This document shows positions 8,035 through 17,654 of a stretch of 64,000 nucleotides of DNA, piece after piece (position 1 is the stretch's first letter; the number at the start of each line of letters is the position of its first letter). This DNA comes from an uncultured virus (IMG/VR IMGVR_UViG_3300034375_006485). Lineage: Duplodnaviria; Heunggongvirae; Uroviricota; Caudoviricetes. Where the stretch lies: the IMG/VR virus record IMGVR_UViG_3300034375_006485. The stretch is one strand, 5' to 3'. Position numbers and translations under genes: made by a program. The notes below the pieces were generated by a model that worked only from the letters and a program-made list of their open reading frames with translations, did not search any database and was not told the origin of the DNA.

Positions 8035-8703
8035 TTATTTAATAAAGCCATTCTCTTTTAACCACTTATTAGTAAGTGGTGTTGGTTTATAATCAGTCCA
8101 CATAGTGCCAGCAGCGCATGATTCAAGTGCTTTCATTGTCATGCCTTCGGTTCTACCTGCCCACGATGCTTCTGCCTCCCAGGGAACAGAGTGTTTAGGA
8201 TAAGTTTTCTCTGTCATATTACGCCAAATCTTAGGCACATCCTCTTCTGGTTTGATGATAGCAATCATATTATTCTCAATGCTACCTGCCATACAGTCTT
8301 GTGCTGCGTGCCATCCTTCATGGCGCATGACTGACATAAGTGTTGATTGTCGATGCATAAAAGCATCATTCAGAAAAAAGTTATTAGAAACTGTATGATA
8401 AACACCACGATGCCCAACTGGAAAATATTTTTGATCTGCTAAAAAAACCATAACTCCGATCTTATCAAGGGATAGAAGCATTTGGTTAATCTCATGCCCA
8501 ATAGCAGAATAAATAGAATCAGGATAAGCAGATTTAATATCTTCGATACTTCGGATTCGTCTAACATTGTCGGTGCATTCTTGTAGTAACATGCAACCCA
8601 TGGAACCCATAGTATTGAATTCTTTAAACCCATTTTCTTTTGCTAATGCTGCTTGAGATGTTGCTGCTAATCCCGCTAAAAGAATAGAGAATACTTTATT
8701 CAT
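8035..8703 (-). CDS. Secreted zincin-like metallopeptidase-domain protein
   Basis: Signal peptide, HEGWH (HExxH) and a downstream E.EA motif. Confidence 0.65.
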   Translation of the reverse strand: MNKVFSILLAGLAATSQAALAKENGFKEFNTMGSMGCMLLQECTDNVRRIRSIEDIKSAYPDSIYSAIGHEINQMLLSLDKIGVMVFLADQKYFPVGHRGVYHTVSNNFFLNDAFMHRQSTLMSVMRHEGWHAAQDCMAGSIENNMIAIIKPEEDVPKIWRNMTEKTYPKHSVPWEAEASWAGRTEGMTMKALESCAAGTMWTDYKPTPLTNKWLKENGFIK

Positions 8704-8730
8704 AGTGATAAAATCATTTATTAGTATTTA

Positions 8731-9336
8731 TCACACATAAATCATCTTTTTAGTATAATCGTAGGCGTATTGCTCACGATACCCTTTAATACCCCATCCT
8801 AACCAATAGTAGGCAGGAACCATGTACTGAGAGACAGTTTGCCCACTGCCCTCAAACTCGGGCAGGTGACGTTGAAAGACTGATTCGTTAATCATATAGC
8901 GAGTCTGCCCTTCAAGACTGCTCGGGTCGCAGTCATACTTATTACAGAACTTTCCAAGGTTATTATAACGATTTATGCTGGTCCATTGAATCAGTCCGTA
9001 ACCACCGCTATAACAACGGTCGTAAGGAACTCTAGCCCCTCCCTCGCATATATTGGGAATGAACTTGCTTTCCTGTTTAATGTTACCCATGATCGTTGCA
9101 AGAGCATTACGATCTGAGATCTTGGTGTGTTCTTGGAGTTGTTCGAGGACATACTGTTCGTTGGGGGAGCAAGTGGGGCAAGTCCAAGTCTTGTTGTCCA
9201 CCTCAAGAGCGATTGCCTTGTCTTTGTTGACGCTGACATCAACAGTGGGGGGAGCGTCAATCTGACTGATGCTCGGGTAAGCACCAGCAGAACTCGTAAG
9301 TCCCAAACTCAAAAATATTAGAACTCGTTTTAACAT
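8731..9336 (-). CDS. Phage tail-type lysozyme / cell-wall hydrolase
   Basis: Signal peptide; A.IMGNI.QES and GYGLIQWT lysozyme-like motifs. Confidence 0.7.
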   Translation of the reverse strand: MLKRVLIFLSLGLTSSAGAYPSISQIDAPPTVDVSVNKDKAIALEVDNKTWTCPTCSPNEQYVLEQLQEHTKISDRNALATIMGNIKQESKFIPNICEGGARVPYDRCYSGGYGLIQWTSINRYNNLGKFCNKYDCDPSSLEGQTRYMINESVFQRHLPEFEGSGQTVSQYMVPAYYWLGWGIKGYREQYAYDYTKKMIYV

Positions 9337-9339
9337 ATA

Positions 9340-9396
9340 AAAAAATAGGAGACCATTGGGTCTCCTTATAGTAACGTATTTTATTTAGGTTGTCAA
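9340..9396 (-). promoter_or_regulatory. Promoter TTGACA-17-TACTAT abutting a terminator hairpin (AGGAGACC-CAAT-GGTCTCCT plus T-run)
   Basis: -35 at 9391-9396, -10 at 9368-9373, stem at 9347-9366. Confidence 0.6.
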
Positions 9397-9518
9397 GGGG
9401 TGTAGACAGAAGCAGGAACCATCATTCCTCCTTGATGATCATCGTCATCGTCAATATCTTCCGAAAATACAGCATGAATTATAAAAGCACCCAACATAAA
9501 GGTTGCTAATAACATCAT
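9393..9518 (-). CDS. 41-aa membrane peptide with an acidic DDDDD-GGMM tail (not in track)
   Basis: Hand translation MMLLATFMLGAFIIHAVFSEDIDDDDDHQGGMMVPASVYTP; GGAG RBS; late promoter at 9554-9561. Confidence 0.65.
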   Translation of the reverse strand: MMLLATFMLGAFIIHAVFSEDIDDDDDHQGGMMVPASVYTP

Positions 9519-9585
9519 TTTATTTCTCCATATATTACGCAACTACTTTTAATTATTTATAAAAATAAGTAGTTGCTTATTAAAT

Positions 9586-9705
9586 CTACCAAATACCAGG
9601 AATTAAATCTCCGGTAAGGGTATAAGTTCCGACAGCAATCACGAAACCGAGCATTGCCAGACGGGAGTTGAGGATCTCTGCCTCAGGGGTGAATCCGAAT
9701 TTCAT
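9586..9705 (-). CDS. hli: High-light-inducible protein, 39 aa (not in track)
   Basis: MKFGFTPEAEILNSRLAMLGFVIAVGTYTLTGDLIPGIW: AExxNxRxAMxGF and TGxxxPG motifs. Confidence 0.92.
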   Translation of the reverse strand: MKFGFTPEAEILNSRLAMLGFVIAVGTYTLTGDLIPGIW

Positions 9706-9851
9706 TGGTTTTTCTCCAGTGTAGTGTTTGTGATGATGATCTTTTGACCATCGTGAGTAAATTGTAACTCATCGTCAGGATGCCATAGAAGTTCTTCATA
9801 CATGTCATCCAGCTTTTGCATATCTTCGCGTAGTTGATTGGGGTTAGGCAT
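9702..9851 (-). CDS. 49-aa hypothetical protein (not in track)
   Basis: MPNPNQLREDMQKLDDMYEELLWHPDDELQFTHDGQKIIITN...; overlaps the genes on both sides. Confidence 0.7.
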   Translation of the reverse strand: MPNPNQLREDMQKLDDMYEELLWHPDDELQFTHDGQKIIITNTTLEKNQ

Positions 9852-10134
9852 ATTTTTCTACAGCAGATCTAATGTTTTGCGTGATTCCCATACCCCCAAC
9901 ATATTGTACAAGTTTATTACCTTCACTGTCAGTAATAACTAATACAGGTGTTGCAGTCACACCATATTTTTTAACAAGATCTAGATTTTCTTGTGGAATA
10001 GGAATATCAGTAAAATCTTCCAAATCAATTTTTTCAATCATACTAGTATCTACTTTAATGTTATTAAAGTATTTCTCAACTAAAGCACAAGGTCCGCAAG
10101 ATTTTTTGGAAAAAAGATAAAACTTGTTCATCAT
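9844..10134 (-). CDS. Thioredoxin/glutaredoxin-like protein
   Basis: CGPC motif and YGV..TP cis-Pro motif. Confidence 0.85.
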   Translation of the reverse strand: MMNKFYLFSKKSCGPCALVEKYFNNIKVDTSMIEKIDLEDFTDIPIPQENLDLVKKYGVTATPVLVITDSEGNKLVQYVGGMGITQNIRSAVEKYA

Positions 10135-10424
10135 TAAATATTTTCTTCCTGTTCAGTCAGAACGGTAACATCACTAGTGGGATATGCAACACAGAGAAGT
10201 GTAAATCCTTGCTCTAGTTGTTCATCATCAAGAAAAGTTTGGTCACTATTATCTACAGAACCAGAGATAACTTTACCAGCACAGGCAGAACAAGCACCAG
10301 CACGGCAGGAAGAAGGAAGGTCTACACCTGCTTCTTCAGCAGCATCAAGGATGTACTGATCATCTTCACATTGAATAACACTTTCGGTGCCATCAGGTGT
10401 ACGAAGAGTAATATTAAAATCCAT
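10134..10424 (-). CDS. petF: Plant-type [2Fe-2S] ferredoxin
   Basis: [13 protein letters not shown]...LLCVAYP. Confidence 0.97.
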   Translation of the reverse strand: MDFNITLRTPDGTESVIQCEDDQYILDAAEEAGVDLPSSCRAGACSACAGKVISGSVDNSDQTFLDDEQLEQGFTLLCVAYPTSDVTVLTEQEENI

Positions 10425-10510
10425 TAGTAAGTTTCGGATAGTTTTTCTACAGAGTATGCCAACAATACAAAGAAGGCAATGCTAGTTATTGTAAACAAAA
10501 TTGAAGTCAT
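10424..10510 (-). CDS. 28-aa hydrophobic peptide (not in track)
   Basis: [33 protein letters not shown] coupling to petF. Confidence 0.55.
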   Translation of the reverse strand: MTSILFTITSIAFFVLLAYSVEKLSETY

Positions 10511-10519
10511 TGTCAATAT

Positions 10520-10723
10520 TCAAAAGATACCGAAGAAGAACTTACCATTAATGGCATATGCAACGAATCCCATAATGAGACCCATCATAGCCCAGCGTCC
10601 ATTATACATCTCCTTCTGTTGCCAGGGAGAGGAAAGACCCTTCTTATTGTAGTTTTCAACTACCATTTGAGGTTCGACAGCCCACATATTTTGTTGACCG
10701 TGCTCGTTAGTTGTAACAGTCAT
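10520..10723 (-). CDS. hli: High-light-inducible protein
   Basis: ExxNGRWAMMG motif. Confidence 0.92.
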   Translation of the reverse strand: MTVTTNEHGQQNMWAVEPQMVVENYNKKGLSSPWQQKEMYNGRWAMMGLIMGFVAYAINGKFFFGIF

Positions 10724-10732
10724 GATACGTTT

Positions 10733-10788
10733 TGTAATGAATCTTTACATATTATATAGTAAGAAGGGGGGCGTTGTCAATCCCCCCC
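10733..10788 (-). promoter_or_regulatory. hli promoter TTGACA-18-TATAAT inside a G6/C6 hairpin, with a downstream TGTAA-N7-TTACA palindrome
   Basis: -35 at 10775-10780, -10 at 10751-10756, palindrome at 10733-10749. Confidence 0.6.
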
Positions 10789-10800
10789 GTCTCATTATTA

Positions 10801-10989
10801 TCAGTAATCACTTACATAACTGGCACATATGTCCTTGTTCTTCTTACAGAACTGACGAACATAGGAGTCAGCATCTTGTTCCATAGTATGGTGAGCATGG
10901 TTATGAACGATACCCACCGCAATAAAAAATCCAACCAGTAACAAGTTAATCTGTGTTACTGGATGGAAGATTACCTTTAAGTATTTCAT
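10801..10989 (-). CDS. Small membrane hypothetical protein
   Basis: One TM segment, His-rich segment, two Cys. Confidence 0.7.
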   Translation of the reverse strand: MKYLKVIFHPVTQINLLLVGFFIAVGIVHNHAHHTMEQDADSYVRQFCKKNKDICASYVSDY

Positions 10990-10996
10990 GGTTTAA

Positions 10997-11012
10997 GGGG
11001 ACCGAAGTCCCC
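10997..11012 (-). terminator. UUCG-capped hairpin (terminator or stabiliser)
   Basis: GGGGAC-TTCG-GTCCCC, weak U-tail. Confidence 0.65.
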
Positions 11013-11022
11013 CTAGGAAGGA

Positions 11023-11394
11023 TCAGAAGCTGTACGTCACACCTGCCTTAGCACCGTATCCACGGTCGATGTCGCTATCGCCGGAACCAACGAACGAGAC
11101 TTCACCATAGAAACCAAGTTGCTCGGTAGCAGCGAAACCAAGACCTGCCTTACCAGAAGGAACAGTGTCAGCATCACCACCGTCAGGAGTCACTAGGGTA
11201 GCACCACCTTGGACGTAGTAGGAAGTACGCTCGCCAAGAGCACCTTCGTAACCGATGTGGAGATCAGTCGCGGCACCATTATAGTCCGAACCGGTCCAAC
11301 CAGCATTGGTTTCGACGTTTACATAAGGACCAGCGACAGCAGCGCCAGCGAACAGGGGAGCAGCAGCAAGGGCTGCGAAAGCGGATTTGATCAT
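11023..11394 (-). CDS. Small outer-membrane beta-barrel-like protein
   Basis: Start at ATG 11394 (MIKSAF) with GAGG RBS; signal peptide; amphipathic strands; C-terminal Y-x-F. Confidence 0.75.
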   Translation of the reverse strand: MIKSAFAALAAAPLFAGAAVAGPYVNVETNAGWTGSDYNGAATDLHIGYEGALGERTSYYVQGGATLVTPDGGDADTVPSGKAGLGFAATEQLGFYGEVSFVGSGDSDIDRGYGAKAGVTYSF

Positions 11395-11502
11395 GTTTAT
11401 ACCTCTTAGATTTTTGCTTGTGGAATGGTTACCCACAGATGACAAAAGACTCGACGTGCCTTCGTTTGTTACAGTTCGTGAAGCAAGTGCTCTACGAATG
11501 TT

Positions 11503-11536
11503 TATTTATAATACTTGATATTTTGAACCTTGTCAA
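11503..11536 (-). promoter_or_regulatory. Composite promoter TTGACA-17-TATTAT overlapping late TATAAATA
   Basis: -35 at 11531-11536, -10 at 11508-11513, TATAAATA at 11503-11510. Confidence 0.75.
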
Positions 11537-11541
11537 CCCCC

Positions 11542-11961
11542 TTACAGGATCCCAAAAGGAAGGTTGCTGAGTCCTTTAAGAGCAGATCCACCTGAAGTGG
11601 GTGGTCTCATTGGCAAGTTTGCTTTCTCTCTCTTTTCAGCTTTAAGTTCTAGCTCATAGATTCTTTCTTCCATAACTTCAATAGAAGCATGTAGATTTGT
11701 TAGATACTCAATCAAGTCTTCCTTATTTTCTACAACTTGTTTAATATCTTCTCTAAGTTCTTTTTCCTTTTTCTCAACATCAAGTTGATCTGGATCTAAA
11801 GCTCCACTTTTTGCCATGTAGTAGTCGGCAATCTCTTGACTATTATCAAGATCAATACCTTCTAACTTGGGCGAAACTTCTTCATTTTCTTGTTCTGGAT
11901 ATTCATCCTCAGCATATTTAATACTGTGGATTACTTCAGTGCGTCTTGGTTCTTCTGTCAT
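11542..11961 (-). CDS. Acidic coiled-coil hypothetical protein
   Basis: 139-aa ORF coupled to pcyA. Confidence 0.7.
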   Translation of the reverse strand: MTEEPRRTEVIHSIKYAEDEYPEQENEEVSPKLEGIDLDNSQEIADYYMAKSGALDPDQLDVEKKEKELREDIKQVVENKEDLIEYLTNLHASIEVMEERIYELELKAEKREKANLPMRPPTSGGSALKGLSNLPFGIL

Positions 11962-12665
11962 CAGATCTCTGGGTAATCAAACAACATTTCTTTGATGTAT
12001 TTATCGGCAAACTCTTCACCAAAAATACTCCTCAATACAGCTCTGGTCTTAGTATTTTGCCTCTGCTTATCACAATAATACTTATGACCTTCGTAGTTTT
12101 CTTTAATATTTTCTGAAATAGGTTTAGTATTATATGCAATAGCACAATGATAGTTTAAATATGTGAATGCAGTATTAATAAACTTCTGATATTCATCCTC
12201 GTTTGGACTCACAAAAACGCAGTACTCAGAAAATACATCTCCCCAGTCAGGCATCTTTTTATCTTTTTCAAACTCTGTATCGAGGATGTTTAAGATTTCA
12301 TATTGCTGTGGCAAAGACCTGTCTGGTCTAATAGAGCTAATATCTACGATTGCTGCACCAACTGCTTTTTCTGATGCAACAATATCTGCACCATAAATGG
12401 GAATATCATATTGATATCTTGGGTACATATTAGTGTGAAGAATATCAAGACCCGATTTCATTTGAGCGACTTCCAAATGAATCTTTCTAAACTTTTCAGT
12501 CTCCCACACATAGTTTTCAACATAAACTTCTTCTTCGTCACCAGAAGACATCTCAATGAGTTTAAACTCATCAGCAATCTCTACTTCTTGAAGATCAAAA
12601 TTCTCTTGCCAACTATCCAGAATAGAATCTGCTAGTCCTTGAATAAGTGGATGTAAGTCTCTCAT
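11961..12665 (-). CDS. pcyA: Phycocyanobilin:ferredoxin oxidoreductase (ferredoxin-dependent bilin reductase)
   Basis: LHPLI start, FRKIHLE, LDILH, P.YGAD, P.WG.VFS, Q..N.KT..VL motifs as in PcyA. Confidence 0.85.
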   Translation of the reverse strand: MRDLHPLIQGLADSILDSWQENFDLQEVEIADEFKLIEMSSGDEEEVYVENYVWETEKFRKIHLEVAQMKSGLDILHTNMYPRYQYDIPIYGADIVASEKAVGAAIVDISSIRPDRSLPQQYEILNILDTEFEKDKKMPDWGDVFSEYCVFVSPNEDEYQKFINTAFTYLNYHCAIAYNTKPISENIKENYEGHKYYCDKQRQNTKTRAVLRSIFGEEFADKYIKEMLFDYPEI

Positions 12666-13087
12666 AATAGTCCCATATACTTTTCAGGTGGTGTACTGAG
12701 AACATAAAGTTCTCTTACTTTTGGAAGTTCTTCCTTAGTCAAATCAATACCATTGTCCCAAACATATCCCATTAAAAACATTTGTTTATTTATCGAATGA
12801 TCAAACTGTTCTGTGTAGATATTGCCCCACATATAGTCATCATGATAGTCAGTAACCTCTACATATAATGTTCCAACTAAATCATCTTTTATGAAATGAC
12901 GAAGTTTATTCATAGCATTATATGCATAAAACTTTGTCTCTCGATCAGTAGACTTTGGGTCTGGAGAATCTATTCCAGACAAATATATAACTTTCTTGAG
13001 ATAGACTCCCATACCCAAATCTATAACTGCTTCAAATGAAGATCCATCAAATACCTCAAGAACTCTGCTTATTTGGTATTTGTACAT
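12662..13087 (-). CDS. Divergent thermonuclease (SNase)-like protein
   Basis: V..V.DG....IDLG....L.GID.P and S+N..M...GY pattern; DGDT replaced by DGSS. Confidence 0.6.
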   Translation of the reverse strand: MYKYQISRVLEVFDGSSFEAVIDLGMGVYLKKVIYLSGIDSPDPKSTDRETKFYAYNAMNKLRHFIKDDLVGTLYVEVTDYHDDYMWGNIYTEQFDHSINKQMFLMGYVWDNGIDLTKEELPKVRELYVLSTPPEKYMGLL

Positions 13088-13095
13088 TTAAGTTT

Positions 13096-16077
13096 TTAAT
13101 CGGTAAACATATACTTAACAACATTAACGGTTTTATCTGATACAGTCTTCATCTCATTAACTACTTCTGGATCGATGAGATCAGGATGATACCACCAATC
13201 CTCAAAAGGACTGTTATCGTTTGGAGAAACATTAGCGACTAACATTTCATATCCCATTAACTTAAGATATCTCCTAGACTTATCACGATAAGATCTAGTC
13301 ATATCAACATAATGATCATGTTCATATGTAATAATACTAAACCTATACTTCTCGAATGGCATTGCTAACAAGCATTCAAAAGTAGTCCTAGAGGGTTCAA
13401 CATCTAGTTGAAGATAATCAAAATCAGTTCCTTTATCAAAGTTATCAAGCAACTTCAAATAATCGATAGTTGTTGCATCTTTGCAAATGATCTGATTTTT
13501 GCGCTCTCTTGAAAACTGAGCGCACAAATCAGGAAGAATCTCAATAGAAATACCATCCCATTCATATTTAGTCTCAAGAAGAGCAGTGTTATTTTGATAG
13601 AAAGGTTGCTGAGCACCTATTTCAAGATAAAGTCCATTAGTTTTACCTTGAGTTGCAGCAAGAATAAACATGTCCTGGAATGCTTGAGAATGATTTTTTT
13701 CAATCGTTTCTGATCCAGGGAACTTAAACCTCAATCTATCATGCTTTCTCTTCTGATACTTAATCACTTCATCTGGGATATGTCCAGATCCCATTCTCAT
13801 TAGATTGTTAGCAACCATGTCATAGTGGCGATCATCCATTTCATAGTTGTTCTTCATGTCTTGAAGAAGCGTTCTGGACTCATCACCTTTACCCCACCAC
13901 CAAGCAGCAAGTTGCTTCTCAAAAAGAAGACCATACTTACCAGGATATTCCACATCAGTCTTCAATGGTTTACAATCAAAATCACAGAAGTCTATTGCCC
14001 ATTGAGAAAAGATATAGCAATCTTGCCACCATTGACGTTTCTCAGCAAACCTCGCTAGAAGGTAATACGCTTCAGGTCTTTTAGGACGAATACAAAGTGC
14101 TTGCTGAAGAAGTCCTTTTGCTGTTTGATCTCTCGTCCCTTGCCTGTCATAGGCATTGGAAGCATGGATCAATGCTTCATAAGCAAGATCAAGATCATCT
14201 GTACGCTCAGCACATCTCAGGAAGAATGATAGTGCTGGAGCATTATGTCTGTAATGCTCGTACCACATACCAATGTTAAAGTTCTTCACTGGGTTCTCAG
14301 TATCTAATGCATACTCTAAAAGTAAATCATTTAGATTTGCATTAGAAGCATCCGTCAATAATAGATCTTTCTTTACAACAAACTCAGAAGCAACTCTTAA
14401 TTCTTCTTCTACTTGTTGCTCTTTAACTTCAAATGATTTTCCCATAAGTTCCTCAACTGTTCTATTAGAACCATTATCTTTCCACCAGTTTATAACATAG
14501 TCGTGGGTATAATAGTGATTACGTTTCTGACCATATTTTACATCTCCATCTCCACCTTCAAAGGTAGAAGTAAAACGAACATCCTCTACAAACATTGAAA
14601 TAGTATAAACTTTTCCAGCATTGGTATAAAGAATATTTTCAATAAGTGGTTGAACTCCATTATCTAGTTGAAGATGATATGTGCCGTCAACGATATAAGT
14701 ATCTATAATATATTTTGCATAGTCTCTTTTAATAATATATGCAGTAACTGACCAATCATCCCAGTACCTGTCTCGGATTTTAATATCTTCAAAATCACCA
14801 CGAATAGGAAGCATTTGAACACATCCCCAATCTTCTGGAAGTGCATCAACAAACTGTTTCCAAGTGAAGTTCCAGTAATCAACAGTATCAAGACTCAGAT
14901 CATCTTCACAAAAGAAACCATACTCTTCCTCAGTTTCATAATACCAGTTTAAAATAGATTTTAAATGGGAAACACAACACCCTTTCGTACCATCATTTAA
15001 TGTGTGAACATACTCACCCGTAACTACATCATCACACTCTGCAAATCTTTTTGAGATCAATGGTCTAATGTTTGTAACTCCATGATCTTTGAGAGATTGA
15101 TCAAGTTTCTTACGTCGTTCTACACTTTCTTCTAAACTAACATAAGAAACACTACTTAGTTCTAATAACTTTTTCATTTTTTCTTTTCTAGTAGCAACAT
15201 AGTTTTGGTCATCAATGTTCATCACATCCCATTCATATATCCTATCAATATAATAGTAATCTAAATCAGAAAATCTTTTCTCATTTTCTTCTACATTCAT
15301 TTTTGCTAGAAGATATTCAAGATTCCAACGATCAGAGTCACTTGTATCAGGATTAGCAATCTTTCTTTTTACATTTTCAATATTGCTATCGTCAGAATCT
15401 TCACCATACCCCTCAAAGTTTTCGTATCTTTTCTTATCTGGATGTGGCAAATGAATAATATTATAGTTTTGAGTTAGTTTTTTGCACTCTAGACCCATCA
15501 TAGTAAGTCTTTTAGTCATTTGATCATCTTCATAGGCATAATACTTACCCATGCGTTCATCATATCCACCAACTTTCCAAAAGTTTTCTCTAGTCACAAA
15601 ACATAGTCCAGTCAAATATTTAAACAAAGGACTATAGGTATGAGAATATTTCATCAACTCCCCAACATCCATGTTATGGAAGTTAATCGCATATCCTTTT
15701 AGATTCCCATCCCAATACTCATGATTACACACATAATCATCTTGTCCACATAGGAAAGAGTTTTCATCAACTTTATAAAACTGAAAAAAATCAAAGTAAG
15801 GATTAATAATATAATCAGTATCTACTTTAATAATATAATCTCCAGTAGCAATACTGGCAGCAAGATTTAATGGTTGAGGTTGGTTAAAATACTTTTCATC
15901 ATTGACTCGTATAACTTTTATTCTTTTATCCAGTTTTGTAAGATGACTGATTGGTTCATCAGAACTCCAATCAACCACAATAATCTCTTTTATTTCATAA
16001 AAAGATAACCAAGAGTTTAAAGAAACTCTCAGTGCATTATAGCGATTTTTACATGCACAAATTAAAGAAACATTCAT
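13096..16077 (-). CDS. Multidomain fusion: GT2/GT7-like + GT25-like + TPR + FkbM-like methyltransferase
   Basis: VVDWSS, DTD, GGYDE..YEDD; GC..SH..CEDD; RPEAYY.LAR; SQ..QD.F..YLEIGA..DYLQLDVE; start at 16077 by ATGA overlap. Confidence 0.75.
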   Translation of the reverse strand: MNVSLICACKNRYNALRVSLNSWLSFYEIKEIIVVDWSSDEPISHLTKLDKRIKVIRVNDEKYFNQPQPLNLAASIATGDYIIKVDTDYIINPYFDFFQFYKVDENSFLCGQDDYVCNHEYWDGNLKGYAINFHNMDVGELMKYSHTYSPLFKYLTGLCFVTRENFWKVGGYDERMGKYYAYEDDQMTKRLTMMGLECKKLTQNYNIIHLPHPDKKRYENFEGYGEDSDDSNIENVKRKIANPDTSDSDRWNLEYLLAKMNVEENEKRFSDLDYYYIDRIYEWDVMNIDDQNYVATRKEKMKKLLELSSVSYVSLEESVERRKKLDQSLKDHGVTNIRPLISKRFAECDDVVTGEYVHTLNDGTKGCCVSHLKSILNWYYETEEEYGFFCEDDLSLDTVDYWNFTWKQFVDALPEDWGCVQMLPIRGDFEDIKIRDRYWDDWSVTAYIIKRDYAKYIIDTYIVDGTYHLQLDNGVQPLIENILYTNAGKVYTISMFVEDVRFTSTFEGGDGDVKYGQKRNHYYTHDYVINWWKDNGSNRTVEELMGKSFEVKEQQVEEELRVASEFVVKKDLLLTDASNANLNDLLLEYALDTENPVKNFNIGMWYEHYRHNAPALSFFLRCAERTDDLDLAYEALIHASNAYDRQGTRDQTAKGLLQQALCIRPKRPEAYYLLARFAEKRQWWQDCYIFSQWAIDFCDFDCKPLKTDVEYPGKYGLLFEKQLAAWWWGKGDESRTLLQDMKNNYEMDDRHYDMVANNLMRMGSGHIPDEVIKYQKRKHDRLRFKFPGSETIEKNHSQAFQDMFILAATQGKTNGLYLEIGAQQPFYQNNTALLETKYEWDGISIEILPDLCAQFSRERKNQIICKDATTIDYLKLLDNFDKGTDFDYLQLDVEPSRTTFECLLAMPFEKYRFSIITYEHDHYVDMTRSYRDKSRRYLKLMGYEMLVANVSPNDNSPFEDWWYHPDLIDPEVVNEMKTVSDKTVNVVKYMFTD

Positions 16078-16910
16078 ATTGAAATCCAATGTGGTAATCT
16101 TAATCCATCAGAATCGATGTAATCGCAGTATGGCAAAAACCACTGCTTAGGTGAAATAGTTTTTTTACTTTTTGCTAACCAAGAACCCCACCAACTAAAA
16201 GAGCTGTTGGCAATAATATGATAATCACATTTAGACATTAAGCACATATCAACATAAGTGTTATTAGTTTTTATTATAATAAACCTATCGTCTTGGAATA
16301 TTTTTTGCTCTTTACACCACTCAGTATCGTCAGAAAATACTAGAACTGGTAAAGATTTGTCGAAAAAACTTAATGCTTCCTCATAATAATTTATATCCAA
16401 ACTATTGAGGACATGTGAGTTAACGTAGTCAGTCCTCCTTACATGCATCGAGATTACTTCAGTATCAGAAAACATCTGAGAAAAATACTGTTCTGATATA
16501 TCAAAATATTTTTTTCTGAATACAAACTTGTTTCTTAGTTTATCTTCGACATGAGAAAAATATTTATGATTTTGAAAAAAACCTAAGATACTTTTATTGT
16601 CATGATTAGTATTTAAAAACTCTTGATCAAAATGTGTTGATAAGAACTTTGCATTCTCTTCTTCTGAAGGAATGTAAATAACATGCCCATCAACCACAAC
16701 ATTAGAATTTAGTTTATTTGGACAATGAAACTCTTTATTATAAAATGAAAATATTTTTGTGTCAATATCAAAGCATTCATAGAGTTGTATATTTTTTCTT
16801 GCTAAAGCATAATCTAAACCATATTTATCTGCTATGCCTACCAAGGCAGAGTATTGGAACATTTGATTTCCAAGTCTTCCAATAAATCCTATATGTGGAA
16901 ATGTAATCAT
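16074..16910 (-). CDS. GT11 alpha-1,2-fucosyltransferase-like
   Basis: GRLGNQMFQY, HVRRTDY, NSSFSWW. Confidence 0.9.
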   Translation of the reverse strand: MITFPHIGFIGRLGNQMFQYSALVGIADKYGLDYALARKNIQLYECFDIDTKIFSFYNKEFHCPNKLNSNVVVDGHVIYIPSEEENAKFLSTHFDQEFLNTNHDNKSILGFFQNHKYFSHVEDKLRNKFVFRKKYFDISEQYFSQMFSDTEVISMHVRRTDYVNSHVLNSLDINYYEEALSFFDKSLPVLVFSDDTEWCKEQKIFQDDRFIIIKTNNTYVDMCLMSKCDYHIIANSSFSWWGSWLAKSKKTISPKQWFLPYCDYIDSDGLRLPHWISI

Positions 16911-17653
16911 AGTTCCAATATCTTATGCATATATTCTCTAGTCAGTTTCATATTATAATCCAACTCTTGTACAAAATAGTTTCCTGGTCTTATTCTGTGA
17001 TGATGATAAAACCCATCAACGATAGTGAATGTGTTTTTATATCTCAACCAACAATAAGAAAATAGTAAAACATCAGCACCTTTTGGATCTTTAAACTTTT
17101 TACCTCCTCTCCTTAAACTTTGAACAGCACTTTTTTGAGAATCAATATAGCTATTTTTATTTACAATAAAGTTACCAGTATTTAATAACCAATCAATATA
17201 GTTAGTGCTTTCTTGAATATTTTTCTTTGCTACTGAAAGATCTATAAAGTTATCTCTATAGTCAAAGTTAACAATATTTCCACCAGTCATATGAAGTTGT
17301 TTCACATGATAACACGTATCTTCTTTTGAAAAATCTATATTTCTTACGACATCCAATACTGATTTATCAAACCAGTTATCGCTATCTATAAGATAAACCC
17401 AATCATTTTTACATTTTGATACGGCAAGATATTTATTAATATATGCTTTTTCATTTTTAGAACCACGATACAACTTTATTTTATTAGTATCAATATTTGA
17501 AATCGTTTCAATAAGATTATAATATTCTACTTCAGAAGATTTATCATCGTGAATAATAATCTCAGATATAATATCGCTATCAATGGCAGGTTTAATACAA
17601 TCCCAAAGATATTGAGAACTATTATAAGTTGGTATTGCTAATGATATTGTCAT
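16907..17653 (-). CDS. GT2 glycosyltransferase
   Basis: IPTYN, IIHDD.S, IDSDN; start probably MTISL. Confidence 0.8.
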   Translation of the reverse strand: MTISLAIPTYNSSQYLWDCIKPAIDSDIISEIIIHDDKSSEVEYYNLIETISNIDTNKIKLYRGSKNEKAYINKYLAVSKCKNDWVYLIDSDNWFDKSVLDVVRNIDFSKEDTCYHVKQLHMTGGNIVNFDYRDNFIDLSVAKKNIQESTNYIDWLLNTGNFIVNKNSYIDSQKSAVQSLRRGGKKFKDPKGADVLLFSYCWLRYKNTFTIVDGFYHHHRIRPGNYFVQELDYNMKLTREYMHKILEL

Positions 17654-17654
17654 T

